A stretch of 60,494 bases of DNA, the filler included, from Hausera hauseri (lineage: Eukaryota), in assembly GCA_046269625.1 (NCBI GenBank). It is 9 parts of 9 records of this genome, joined end to end, with 100 filler letters (N's around TTAATTAATTAA, not from the genome) between each part and the next. Parts side by side here need not be neighbours in the genome. Positions count along the whole stretch, not along the records: positions 10,461 to 16,905 come from JBJURY010100321.1; positions 17,006 to 22,103 come from JBJURY010336048.1; positions 22,204 to 28,735 come from JBJURY010090432.1; 6 more parts are not named here. One strand, written 5' to 3'. The position numbers were made by a program, and so were the translations under genes. A model generated the notes under the pieces. It was not told the origin of the DNA. It did no database searches and was given only the letters and a program-made list of their open reading frames with translations. This document shows, one piece after another, positions 11,571-23,480 of the stretch; the first letter of the stretch is position 1; the number at the start of each line of letters is the position of its first letter.

Positions 11571-14500
11571 GAATGAAGAAAGTAGATGGAAAGCAGATGT
11601 TGAACGACATGTTGGTTATCATAATCGAAAATGTATGAGGAGACATTTAATTACAAATGCAAATTTATCAATGTCAAGGCACGAAGAAATAACTCTGACG
11701 ATGACGAGCCTAAGGGAGGAGACGTTATCTCCAAGTCGAACAGGCACAAAAATTACCCTGTTATAAAACTACCATCTACGGGATCTATCGGAAGCCGTTT
11801 AGTATAGAAGACCCTTATGAAGGAAAAAACACTGACGGGATATTGCGTCGGATCCACGAAACGGAAAGAACGTCTGCCCCACATCGTCGATCAGCAGTTG
11901 ACGATTACTGTATAATTTATTCACATAGAATACCTACACCAAACGAAAGGCAGTCAACATTTACCGGAAGCCGCAAAATACAACATCTCAAAAACCAAGA
12001 AGTCCAGCTGCCAGTTAGAAAACTGGAAATAGAAAACGCGAATGGCACGAATAACGATTTATACCACTTTGGAGAGTTAAGACAATTAATCGACCAGCCA
12101 GTTGGAACCACTAAGTTTCCATCAACGGCTACATAGTGTCCACAATACGACGTCCCAAAATAGCACCAAGTTATTACGGTACGGTAACCGAAGGAAGGCC
12201 CTTCGCAAAAATTCAATTGGAAGATAGGGAAGTTTACGAACTGATAGATACAGGATCCAAAATATCGCTGATAAAGTATGATTCAATACCGCAATTTCTA
12301 CAGAAACAATTATATCCAGCTCCCACGACAGGCCTAGGAAGTATCGGAGCTTTCAATCAATCGTCTGAAAGCAAATTCCAATGGAGACCAGAAATTCGTA
12401 TAATGGTACAATCTTTTCACCATGAGTTTTCAATAATGGAGCAACTAACGGATGATGTAGTATTGGGGTGCGATCTATTTAGACAACTACCCAACATAGC
12501 AATAGATTTCAATACAGGGAAATTGATAGAACTTGGCCCAATAAAAGGAGTTAAAACCACTACAAATAGAAAATTCGGAGATGTGTGGATTCCCTTGGAT
12601 GAAAACATACCGCCCAGAACCGAAATATTAATATATGCTCAGATACGTCAAGATGACGATCAACCAGTATATTTTGAGCCGAAGGAATCGCTTAATCCAA
12701 ACATCGTACTCAATAATGTTTTAATGAGAGTACCAACGGGACGCGTACCAATCAGGATAGCGATTAATGCACCTACTCCGATCAAACTATATGCCAATAC
12801 CACTTTGGGACACACGTATAGAGTATCATCGGTCACCATTGAAGAGAAACCTTATAAATGTATCGAATATCCACCCCACGTTGAAACTAAATTTTCCCCC
12901 GAATCATACTGCCGATTTTATGAATTACTTTGTCGTTGAAGAAGAAGAAAATATTGGCCGAACCAAAACCTTAAGACTCACGATCCCACTTAAGAAAAAG
13001 CTTGGGTCCAGCGATGAAATAGATTTAGAGGATCAAAAGATGCCAAAATGGTATCCTCTCCACACTCGTTAAGACCGGAAATAACCAAGGAGGTCAAACG
13101 AATGTTAAAAGCCAACATAATCAGACCAAGCTACCGATCTTGGTACTCACCTATACTCATGGTTAGGAAGGAAGGTACCACTTAGCACCGATTTTGTATC
13201 GACTATCGAGCGTTAAACACACTTATAATAACAGATTCCTTCCCATTACCGTCGGTAAAGGAAGCCTTGGGTAGACTTTCTAGAGCTAAATGGTTCACCA
13301 CGCTCGACATACAATCCGAATATTGGCAGGTAGAGATATAGGAAGGAGACCGTAACAAAACTGCATTTAAGGCACCCGACGGTATATACGAATTTATTGT
13401 TATGCCATTTGGAATAACTACCGGACCAGCCATCTTTATCCGCATGATGAATAAGATGCTAATGGACTAGAACACGCGTTTGGTTATCTAGATCACGTCA
13501 TGATTGCGTTGAAAATGGAAGAAGGTTATTTAAAGGATATTAAGGGTACACATGAGATTGGAGCAAGCTGGATTGAAACTAAACCCTAAAAAATGCAAAT
13601 GGGCTCAAAATGCTGTGTCTTATCTTGGACACATAGTCGGAGAAGGAGGATCAAAGCCGGATAAATCATTGCTAAATAAAATATCAAACTTCATGGAACC
13701 CCAGAATCAAAAGGAATTAAGACACTGATTTGAATTATGTGGGTATTATGATTCCTATGTGCAAGACAGTTCAAAGATAAATGCACCTTTGTACCGCTTG
13801 CTTAAAAAGGGGATGAAATGGAAGTGGACCGAGGCCGAACAGAAAGCTTTCGATGAAATGAAAAAAATTCTAACTAGTGAACGCGTTTTGAGATATCCTG
13901 ACTTCAACCTACCGTTCATAATCAAAACAGACGCTAGTAAGGAAGGCATTAAATATGAACTCGCTCAGAAACGATAAGACGAGGAGTTAGGACATCCGAT
14001 CGTATATGGAGGGCACTCCCTAAAGAAAGCCGAGAAGAACTATTCTGTAACGGAGTTCGAAACATTAGCAGTGAAGGAAGCCTTGCGACATTTTAATGTG
14101 TACGTCTATGGACAAAAGATTGTAATCGTCACCGATCACAAGGCGGTCACGACCTTGAACTGTAGAGCAAATAATCCAACCTGTAGACTCAACAGATAGA
14201 TCCAGCAGATCTCACATTATAATATTAAATTCCAATACAAGCCCGGAAATAAACATATCGACGCCGACGCATTATCGAGACTTAGAACTAAAACAAGCGA
14301 AGTTACGATAACGAAAAAAGCCCACATCGAAGACTTAGTAGAGAGACAACGGACTCTCACACTAGATAAGGCATTGAAGATTTGTGTCTAACAGAAAAAC
14401 AATAAAGTTATACAACAAATTATCGAGTTCGTTGGTATTAACAAACCACCAAAGGGTCATCAGTTACGGAAACACCTACGACGACACGGTCACAAATACA

Positions 14501-15659
14501 GCGTCGCAGGAGATTTAAATCACGAAAATGTGTTGTACTACGAACGAGAGGGATGAAGATTAGTCGTCATACCAAAAGGACTACGCGCGCAAGTGCTAAT
14601 GGCCGAACACGACTGATACCTAGCCGGACACATGTTGTGGAAGAAGACATTGAAAAGAATATTACATAAATATTATTGGCCGACATTTACATCGATGTAA
14701 GAAATTGGGTTAATGCTTGTGAAGTACGCGCAACCAAACAGAGAAAAGTGAAAACCCAACAATGTGCCCGACAGACCAATGCAAACAATGTCCATGGATA
14801 TGGTAGGACCGTTACCTACAACTCACAAAAGCAATACATATATTTTGACCTGTGTAGATCGATTGACTCATTTCGTCGAGCTTACATCGTTATTAGACCA
14901 AAAGGCCGAGACTTTGGCAGAAACAGTAGTCCGGAAAATCATTTGCAGATACGGGCCACCAGAACAATTTTTGACAGACCGAGGGAGAAACTTTACCAGC
15001 GAATTGTTCGAAAAAATTACCAAAATATTCGAACTCGAGCGACTAACGACGACAGCTTATCATCCCCAATGTAACGGACTGGTTGAGCGAATGAACGCGA
15101 CAGTTATACAAATTTTATCGACAGTGATCGCGAAAGAGCAGAAGGATTGGGACGATTTCTTGGAAGGTACACAGTTTGTCATCAATACCACTTTACATCC
15201 AGCAACAATATTTACCCAGTTTTCATGATATACGGTAGAGAAGCTGTACTGCCTACAGATTTAGAACTGATTCAATATACAACCAGAACGAAAGACTTAG
15301 AGAAAAATTTTGTAAAAGTATTATAATTGAGATTACATAAGTGTTGGGAAATAGCCAAGGAATTATCCAGAGAATACCAAGAACAATATAAAAGACAATA
15401 TGACAAGAAGACTAAACCACACGACTTAGAACCACGAAATTGAGTTTACGTACATTACCCAATGGCAAAGAAAGGCACATCTCTTAAACTCACCAGAACA
15501 GGCAGATGACCTTACGAAGTTACAAAAACTACACCAAGCACAGTTTGTATCAACAAAAATGGCAAGGAGTAGGTCATATAAATCCAGACAGTAATTAAAA
15601 CGGAAATAAGACCAAACCAACGCTATAATTTGCGTTTGAGCTAAGCAAAATCGGATTAT

Positions 15660-16905
15660 ACAAATAAAGAAAAGAAAACGTCAGCGATAGTGACTAGACC
15701 AATATCGTATGTACAAATAGTCCTTGCCTTATTGTTAATCGCTTCGTATATACCAAAAACAAGGTCGATAACCCTAACCGAAAAACTATAATATGCGGCA
15801 AGACGAAAGGATATCCAGAACTTACAGTAACTTAGAGTATACGATAAGGATTGGAGCAAACCACGGGCATGATTTGAAGCAAGTAAACCTATTCAGAGTC
15901 ATGTAAAATTTCAAATAATATTCGTAACAAGATCTACGATGAAGATATGTGATTTTCCATACGACGTTCATAGGAAATATTGTAATTTGGATTTCCGACA
16001 AACCTACCGGTACAGATTCTAAATGTTCTATTATAATTAACCCGGATCCCAAGCCTATATAATTACTCAATTCTTAATAAGAATGCCTCAACAAAATGAC
16101 ACTAATCGAGCCAAGACAGATGCGATAATCAAACATATTGACCCATTTAAAAGGCTCTTAGAATATAACATTATGGAGATTTCCAAGGACTTAAAGAACC
16201 AATGTATTCGAATTGAGACCAAAATATAGATGCCAGGAGATAGACAAATTTCTGTCCGATTTATACCACTGAACGCCTCGGTTCCTATTTCGGAGTATTG
16301 TTTCCTCGCACGACGACGGCTTACTGTGTGCTGTAGATTACAGTTAGGACAAAAATATCAGTTACAATTCGATCTGTACAACACTTGCCCTAAAGAACCG
16401 AGTACTTACTTAAGGGGGTACCGCCCAAGAATCGGAATATAAAAACATCCGTTTCCAACCACTGAGAAAACCGTCCACTGTTCCAAGTACAACTCTCACT
16501 ACTGCGATCGTCACTTCGGATAAAATGCTTGAAAAAGAAATAGGGAGCATACCGGTTAAGATTTTGGCAAGAAGTAATAAAATTCTAATTTTCGCTGAAG
16601 AAATGTTAAATCCAGACGTCACAATTAAATGTCGCACCCCGTACACCAATCAAATTATAATCCTAAGAAAGAATAGTCAGGAAACCGAATGTAAGTCATT
16701 ACGACAGCAGCATAACTATATAGTCCAAATCACCGCAAAAGGTAAAAACCCTAAAACTTTTACAGTACGAACCCTTGAAAAAAATTAAAATAATGCGGTA
16801 TAAAGAACTTAGTACTCAAAATGCGTTTACCATGAGAAGTTCTACTGAGCCCAACAATTTACCGATAATAGCTATATTTGGTTTATCAGTTTTCGTTCTT
16901 GTCAC
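15660..16905 (+). pseudogene. Putative type I membrane protein downstream of integrase (signal peptide, FN3-like beta segments, Thr-rich stalk, TM)
   Basis: IVLALLLIAS signal-like; LQLGQKYQLQFD and SLRQQHNYIVQITAKG resemble FN3 strand-F motifs; PSTVPSTTLTT; IIAIFGLSVFVLV at the contig end. Confidence 0.5.
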
Positions 16906-17005
16906 NNNNNNNNNNNNNNNNNNNNNNNNNNNNNNNNNNNNNNNNNNNNTTAATTAATTAANNNNNNNNNNNNNNNNNNNNNNNNNNNNNNNNNNNNNNN
17001 NNNNN

Positions 17006-17845
17006 CAGTAGTTGTTTACGTTCTCCACCAACGAGTACGGATTCGGTTAAGTCCGTTAAAATGTTGATTCTATGAAATGCTCTATAGAGTTGCGGTTTGT
17101 ATTTGGAAACAATGGATTGTACAACAATGGTTTCATAGAATTCACGTTTTGAAAAACCAAGATTCCGAGCCAATAATTCATCAAATGCAAAATATGTTAC
17201 ATTGTCATGTAGTGTAAGCGAAATATTACTATCTGCGTTTATTTTACATGCCTTTACAGGTAATGTAACCGTTTTTTTTGACGTATTTACACAATTCCAG
17301 TTCCGTTTCCATTAGTAAATCGTGTGGTATATCCGCTCAAATTAGCGGAAGACTGATTCTGACTTAGTCCACTTTACTATAATATCAGATTTTCCATTGG
17401 ATGAAAGGTCCAATTTTTCATCAATTATAACATGTCCACCTAGCCGTAGACGCTGTGAATGTACATTGACTGATTGAAAACCCCATGCCTGAGCATCAGC
17501 TATAGATTTAAACTGCATTTCAATGGGATTTCGGTGCATTAGTTTTATACTATAGTTTGAAAAATAAGCAGAAACCGAGAAATGATGTCGCAAATAATTG
17601 CAAAGAGTATAACGGTTATTGTCGGATTGTCTGCAAACGACTTGAAATAGGGTACGTTTCTTGTTCTGACGTATTATCATTGGTGAAGATGTAAATGTGA
17701 ATTTCGTCGAAGCCACTTCCCAGGCTCTCTGGCGTAAATCGACCGGTTGGTTCAAATGCATGGTAAACTGTTTAGCGGTATAGTCATTGTCGTCATGTTG
17801 TAATAATAATCTGTTACTATCACGTACGAAGTAAATGCTGCTTAT
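17006..17845 (-). pseudogene. Polinton minor capsid/penton-like protein, N-terminal part
   Basis: YFVRDSN...DYTAKQFTMHLNQPVDLRQRAWEVASTKF matches the Polinton motif SN...N....F...L...I.L.G.WEVAL.EI. Confidence 0.6.
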
Positions 17846-18880
17846 TGTATCTGTGATGCAAAAATCCAGCTCAGTGCATTGCATCCATGCCACTTGACGA
17901 GATATTGTTTATTCGAACCTTTGCCACGTGAACGTAGAATTTCCTGAATAAGATATACATCGGGTTTCTCGGGCAGTACCTGCAGTTCCTGCTTGTAGAA
18001 TTTACGGCGTATTTCCTCACCGTTTTCATCCTCTAAAACGTACATAACAGGTGTTTGTTTTGTGTTGATTGCCGAAATGCGGAAAACCTCGTCGCTGAAG
18101 TTCTGATTGAAATTCTTAATGAATGCCGTCGCACTTATTTTCAAAATACGTATGTAAGCACAGATTTTATATTTTGGGTGTTTAAATGCATGTCGTCCTC
18201 TCGGTTTTGATGATGCCACACGTTCAAATAATCGATTGTGTCAACCAGCCGTAATTTATTGATACCACCATGTGTCGAATGATTGTATGCATGAATAATA
18301 TCCGGTAGTATATCTATCCAACGTTTGTTGCATTGCTTCGTAAAGAATTTGTTTAGGCGACCGCGCAGTGTTTGATTAAATCGCTCAACGAGTGCAGCTT
18401 TCTATTGGGAAAACACCGAGTAGTGGTTTACGCCGAACCGTTTCAAGACCGCTGCAACGTGGGAGTTGTAGAATTCCTTACCCAAATCCGTTTGTAAATG
18501 CTTCGATTGTTGTTGTTGTTGTATCAGTGTCTGAACAGCGTCGGAAATCTCTTTATCGGATTTAGATTTTACGGCAATTGCACGTGCAAAACGAATAAAC
18601 ACATCAATACATGTCAGCACGTACCGATACCCATCGTTGATGCTAGCGTAGGGAATCATTTCTATCAGATCAATTTGTCATACATTATTTACACCGGCAG
18701 CACGGTATTCGCGAGTTGGAAAACGCCTTCTTATGGGTTTGTTTAAGATGTATGCTAACTGTTTCCCGAGCCAACGTTGGGTCTGTTGCCGAGTCTGTTT
18801 GACAGTCTTTGCCAGTTTCTCGACGCCAGTATACCCGACGGAATGACGTGGGTCGAAGAACACATTGCCCACAGTTGCCG
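17842..18880 (-). pseudogene. Polinton retroviral-like integrase with C-terminal chromodomain
   Basis: FFDPRHSVGYTGVEKL, YRYVLTCIDVF, LQTDLGKEFYN, KAALVERFNQTL, FYKQELQ, YLIQEILRSRGKG..KQYLVKWHG..SWI. Confidence 0.9.
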
Positions 18881-19390
18881 TCGATGGTGTCGGTTTTGCT
18901 TGCATTACAACAATTAGAACTAAACGTAAATGAAAGATTCGGTAAACTAGGACAGAAAGATGAAAACCATGCACCCACGTCACCGATTCATCATATACTT
19001 ACTGTCATTTTTTATACTATGTCAACCTGACCACAACGATATTGTATAAAATTTCCATAAAATTGTCTACTATAAACTGTGGGAATGATCGCAGCATGTT
19101 TCGCTTATGTATCGTAGGTGTCTTGAGCAATGCAATAAAGTACGGCTGACTACGTTTAAATCGCATGCTTTTTTTGTGAGTGTATTGATCATGAGACGTA
19201 TTTGTTTATAACCGTTGCCACTGTAACGGTAATTTGCGTCTAGCTGCTGCTACTGTTGTTCGACGAAACACAGAATTGATTAATAGCTTAACTGTAGCAG
19301 TGGTTCTTTTTGATACACGTTTCTTGCTACCTGACACCGCTTGATAGGTTTACGTTGAACAATTGTTTTTCGGAAATTCTTCATTTTTTA

Positions 19391-20053
19391 TCATAATCGT
19401 GTCGTAGATATTCGAATTTGTTTATAAACACATACACCACCTTTCTGATTGAAAATGTCTGTTCGTACATGCATATCATCGGGACACTTGTGTAAAGTCG
19501 ATGAACAAGTATCCGTGTGGCTCGGTCGTAACATCATGATATGCACCTATCAAGTAGGCTTTTTTGCGAGGAAATGCTTGTCGTGCAACATAATCAATAT
19601 AGTCTGATCACGGGGATTTTTGAACAACACCAAATTATGTACGTTTGGATTTCTTGTTCAATGCTGCCCGCCCTGATGGAATATGTTTTACGTAATGAAA
19701 ATAACCGTTACACCACGGTGCCGTGCAATCTTCGTGAACAGGTTGCTGAAGTCGATTTGTTTCGTGGCCTCTCGAAATAAATCGTCAATGATAATAACAT
19801 CACTATTGCGTAATCTCTCTGAGTAGTTCTTATCAAACCCATCAATTATCGTTATCGATTTCAGTTTACAAAATTCGGGATGTGTCAAACCGGACTCACC
19901 ATCATCACCAACACCCTGATGCCAGTATATGTGATTGTACTGCGGTGAATGGAACATGTTTCGGTAGTTCTGAAATAGTTTGCACACAAAATGTGTTTAG
20001 TCACTTCCACTGGGGCCTACAATCTGGAAAATGGTACCATTCTGCAGCTTCAT
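19391..20053 (-). pseudogene. Polinton A32/FtsK-like packaging ATPase
   Basis: MKLQNGTIFQIVGPSGSD*T (decayed Walker A), VIIIDDL (Walker B), RHRGVTVIFIT, LFKNPRD, AYHDVT.EPHGYLFIDF, VRTDIF. Confidence 0.88.
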
Positions 20054-20148
20054 CTAATAAAAATAATACAACCTTTCCTCACAACATGATTTGTTTATAA
20101 TCGTGTTACACGCATATAAATAGCTGTAGTATAAACACGGTTTCCATA

Positions 20149-20610
20149 ATGTTAGCTAATATCAACTATCGCGGACGTGTTACCGTGTGTGACGTTAACA
20201 CACTACCTTTTAATCAATGGAATCCAAGGCAGTATGTCATCCTGTGTCCATCGGATTTTACGTGCATCGTATTTCAATCGGGAAAGTGTCGTATTATGGG
20301 TTTTCGCAAGTCAATCACAGCTGACAACAGTAAACTACTACCAATCTGAATTGTCATTGACCAAATCCAATCAATAACGGTAACGACTCAGTTAGACTAC
20401 CACCAAACAATCAATTTGTACAAATTAGCAATGGCTGCTACTGAATGTGCGTATGAACCCGAACTGTTTCCTGCACTGAGACTGACATTGTTTCGCCCAC
20501 TCTGTGTCAATCTGTTTAGGAGTGGAAAAATTGTACTAGGCATTTGGACAGTGGACTATGAACCGATTATTAATCAAATTAAAAATCACATAAATATTTT
20601 AGTGAATCAA
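20149..20610 (+). pseudogene. TBP: TATA-binding-protein-like gene (one in-frame TGA at 20347-20349)
   Basis: Two TBP half-repeats: TCIVFQSGKCRIMG, then INLYKLA...AYEPELFPALRL...VNLFRSGKIVLG; ORFs 20149 and 20416 are in the same frame. Confidence 0.8.
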
Positions 20611-20679
20611 AATAATGTACATTCTACAACAACAACAAACTATAAATACCATTCCCATGCACATTCAGACATTACTGCC

Positions 20680-21324
20680 ATGGAAGACGAAGACAACGAC
20701 AAAACAATTCTAATCAATGATGCCAATGATGAAAGTTCAGATTGGTCGTGGTTGTTTGGCTACAAAAAGGACGATTCTAATGTCAAACTGTTGAAACCAC
20801 CACCTGTCCAACAATTAGAAAATCCGGGTGATTGTCTGCAGGTCGATTGTCTGGAAACGAAACAGGAACTTGCTCAGAAAGGAACAGCAGCAAAACCGAC
20901 GTTAAAAAGGCAAAATGCAATGATTGGAATTCGTAAACGAAAATCAAAACCACCGGCGTCGCGCCAAACACAGATATTTTTAACCAAACGAATTTTTCGC
21001 AAGTACGAAATGCATTTTCTGCAAACGCCCGTACTGATTTCATTGAATGATCCCGTGTCTCTATGTGCACCCAAGTACAACTATCGTGTAAAATGGTTTT
21101 CGGGTGAAAATTTGGATAAACTTTCTGATGCTTTACATCAATTAAACGTGGATTTAACGTTGAACGAAACGACCGTGCAACAGCAATCTGTCAATTTACC
21201 AGGGCAGAAATGTCGCGAAATGTCTCATGTACCCGATAGCGATGATAATTTAAAGTGTCGACTGAATATTGAATTACAAGGATACAAAGAAAAGCCGGTA
21301 TCAAAAGCCCGATTTAGCGTGTAG
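20680..21324 (+). CDS. Hypothetical Polinton accessory protein (acidic N-terminus, basic RKRK stretch)
   Basis: Uninterrupted frame from MEDEDNDK to KARFSV*; currently read in frame with the TBP-like region. Confidence 0.45.
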   Translation: MEDEDNDKTILINDANDESSDWSWLFGYKKDDSNVKLLKPPPVQQLENPGDCLQVDCLETKQELAQKGTAAKPTLKRQNAMIGIRKRKSKPPASRQTQIFLTKRIFRKYEMHFLQTPVLISLNDPVSLCAPKYNYRVKWFSGENLDKLSDALHQLNVDLTLNETTVQQQSVNLPGQKCREMSHVPDSDDNLKCRLNIELQGYKEKPVSKARFSV

Positions 21325-21399
21325 CTGAAGTACATTTTAATTATCAATAAATTTTGTTGTTTTACCGTTCTTCTTCTTCTTCTTATTGGCATAACAATA

Positions 21400-21876
21400 A
21401 TGATAATGAATTATGTAAAGATTATATTAAAAGACGAAAATGTCTTTGTAACGAGACGTGTCACAGCAAACAATGCAGGATACGATGTGTTTTCCAATGT
21501 CAATACGACAATTCCGGACAGCACAATCAAATGCACAACGACTGTGATTCGATTGGCGATTCCACCCTGTTACTACGACCAACTTTTATCAAAAAGCGGA
21601 CCGGCAAAGCTCGGACTGACGGTTGTGGGTGGTGTCATTTATTCAGACTTTCGTGGTGAAGTTAAGGTGTTGCTGGAAAACCAATCCGGCGAACCGTATG
21701 CTTTTTCGAAAGACAGTGCAATCGCACAAATCGTTTTTCTTCACTGTGAAGAGGCGGAATTCAGTGTAACGTCACCGGAACAATGGGGACTGCGTTATGT
21801 CAATGAATCGACAACAAAACGAAATGAACCCAAAGAATTTGGCTTTGGTGATATGGACAAAACCATCTATGTTTAA
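21400..21876 (+). CDS. dut: Trimeric dUTPase, probably inactivated
   Basis: Motif 1 AGYDV, motif 2 KSG, motif 3 GVIYSDFRGE (Asp replaced by Tyr), motif 4 IAQIV, motif 5 degenerate R..KEFGFG. Confidence 0.85.
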   Translation: MIMNYVKIILKDENVFVTRRVTANNAGYDVFSNVNTTIPDSTIKCTTTVIRLAIPPCYYDQLLSKSGPAKLGLTVVGGVIYSDFRGEVKVLLENQSGEPYAFSKDSAIAQIVFLHCEEAEFSVTSPEQWGLRYVNESTTKRNEPKEFGFGDMDKTIYV

Positions 21877-21954
21877 TAATTGTGATAATAATAATAATAG
21901 TTAGTTGTTTTCTTTGTGTTATAAACAAAAAAATAATTTTGCACATGATAGGTA

Positions 21955-22103
21955 ATGGTGACAGGATTTATAGATATTAGAGCTTTCCAAGATGACAATG
22001 CCCAATACTTAATAAAGGATTTATGCATTATGGACGTCAGTAACATTTTCAAACTGCTTGTGTACGTATTCAAGCTCGCCGTTGACAGAAAAGGCGAAAA
22101 TAA
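21955..22103 (+). pseudogene. Possible DnaQ/DEDD-like exonuclease N-terminus (Polinton accessory), truncated by linker
   Basis: FIDIRAFQDDNAQYLIKDLCIMD resembles the .D.QGF....FI.KELAI pattern. Confidence 0.4.
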
Positions 22104-22203
22104 NNNNNNNNNNNNNNNNNNNNNNNNNNNNNNNNNNNNNNNNNNNNTTAATTAATTAANNNNNNNNNNNNNNNNNNNNNNNNNNNNNNNNNNNNNNNNN
22201 NNN

Positions 22204-22405
22204 GATGCATCTTGATGTGCTCTATCAATTAGCACTTTGCCCCGATTGATTCGCTCAATAGTGCACTGTGCAGAGATTGATAAGTGAAGTATCCTTAGCA
22301 ACGGTGCCTAGCGGCACCGTTGCTAGGCACTTTATGGATAGATAGTGCCAAGTGTGCACTATCGATCGGAATATGTGCAAAATCGATTTATCAATTAGCC
22401 CCCGG
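22204..22405. repeat. Palindromic MITE-like sequence
   Basis: Perfect 13-bp stem TAGCAACGGTGCC-TAGC-GGCACCGTTGCTA (22296-22325), flanking inverted ATAGTGCAC/GTGCACTAT, repeated TATCAATTAGC. Confidence 0.5.
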
Positions 22406-22599
22406 GGATGGGCCAGAACCACCATTTTCCCCTACTATTACGGGACAGGGAATTAAAAACATTGAAATTGACTTGTACAGGATTGTTTATAAATGACTTG
22501 GAATTCATATATTCGGTTGCGAATTTCGAATTCGAATGACTTTGTTGTCGATTGATGCGTTTTTTGAATTTCTGCAATTCCAAAATTGGAATGTTGTTA

Positions 22600-23350
22600 T
22601 TGTATTCAGAACATCTGTAGGTTGACAAGTGTTTTTTACGTTTTGGCTGGGAAAACGATTTAAAATATCGTACGTTATTATTGATGACTGCCAAAACTGT
22701 CGCTAAATTAAGCAGGCCTAATTGATCCAAAAGATAAATACCAATTACCGGTAAACTCCTCATCGATCTTGGGCATTTGAAAGAACAATAACAACATACA
22801 TAGTCATGCTTAGCACAAGAGATAAAGCGACACTCAAGCGATCTCTAGTGTCTTCGAGCGTAAATATTAAACATGCCAATCCAGAGAGCATTGAGAATGG
22901 AATGAGTACGAGAACGACAAAATAAAGTGGTTGTATACTGAGATGAATACTAACTCTTATGTATTGATAAGACGTGTTCAAATCGCTGGTATATCGTTTT
23001 CTTCTGAAGTGCACAGCCATGATTTCCCATTCACTGACATCGGAATTTGGAAGGAAACTGTTGTCAACAGCAGACCCTAACTGATAAGGATGAATCAACA
23101 TTTGGCTGTCAGTACTCTACCAAGGCGTTATAACCAGGTAACACGTTTGAAAGTCAAATGGGAAAAAGGTAACATTTAATGTGCATGTAGTATCTAAAAC
23201 TGCTCCATAAAGCCACGTTATTCGACCATTAAATTCAACAGATATCCGAGACTGTGCTACCGTGCTGAAGTCAAAGTTTTTGCTATTTTTAACATTCATT
23301 ATTCCGATATCGAGCAACCACATGTCTTGTGCGTAACGCTTCACCAATTT
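22600..23350 (-). pseudogene. Cys-loop ligand-gated ion channel (nAChR-like) fragment, intronless, with stop and frameshift
   Basis: MWLLDIGIMN, Cys-loop CTLNVTFFPFDFQTC, SEWEI, QPLYFVVLVLIP (M1), DRLSVALSLVLSMTMYVVIV (M2), LPVIGIYLL (M3). Confidence 0.92.
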
Positions 23351-23383
23351 GAATAATGTTATGTTGAACAATTGTTTTTGATT

Positions 23384-23480
23384 TATGCGTCCGACGCGTC
23401 TGCAACGGAAAACCCGGCCGTGCCCAACCGAATGCGCCGGAGGGCTAACGATTGACGCGGGCACCAGATCACCCCCCCCC
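23384..23480 (-). repeat. Polypurine tract plus ~82-bp GC-rich LTR 5' end
   Basis: GGGGGGGGG-TGATC-TGGTGCCCGCGTC...; a homologous copy lies at 53267-53348 on +. Confidence 0.6.

Larger units (their letters stand above)
10461..16905 (+). mobile_element. Family B Gypsy-like element, copy B1: glycoprotein C-half, PR, dUTPase-like linker, RT, RNase H, IN, downstream membrane-protein ORF; decayed
   Basis: CIQELPVLY..PITRVL (G), LIDTGS (PR), WYSPILMV..RFCIDYRALN, MPFGITTGPAIF, YLDH (YxDD decayed), TDAS, YSVTEFETLA, TDHK, SMDMVGPLP, TDRGRNFTS, AYHPQCNGLVER. Confidence 0.92.
17006..22103. mobile_element. Polinton/Maverick (adintovirus-like) segment, decayed
   Basis: Contains rve integrase with chromodomain, packaging ATPase, minor-capsid-like ORF, plus TBP-like, dUTPase and exonuclease-like ORFs. 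Confidence 0.88.
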
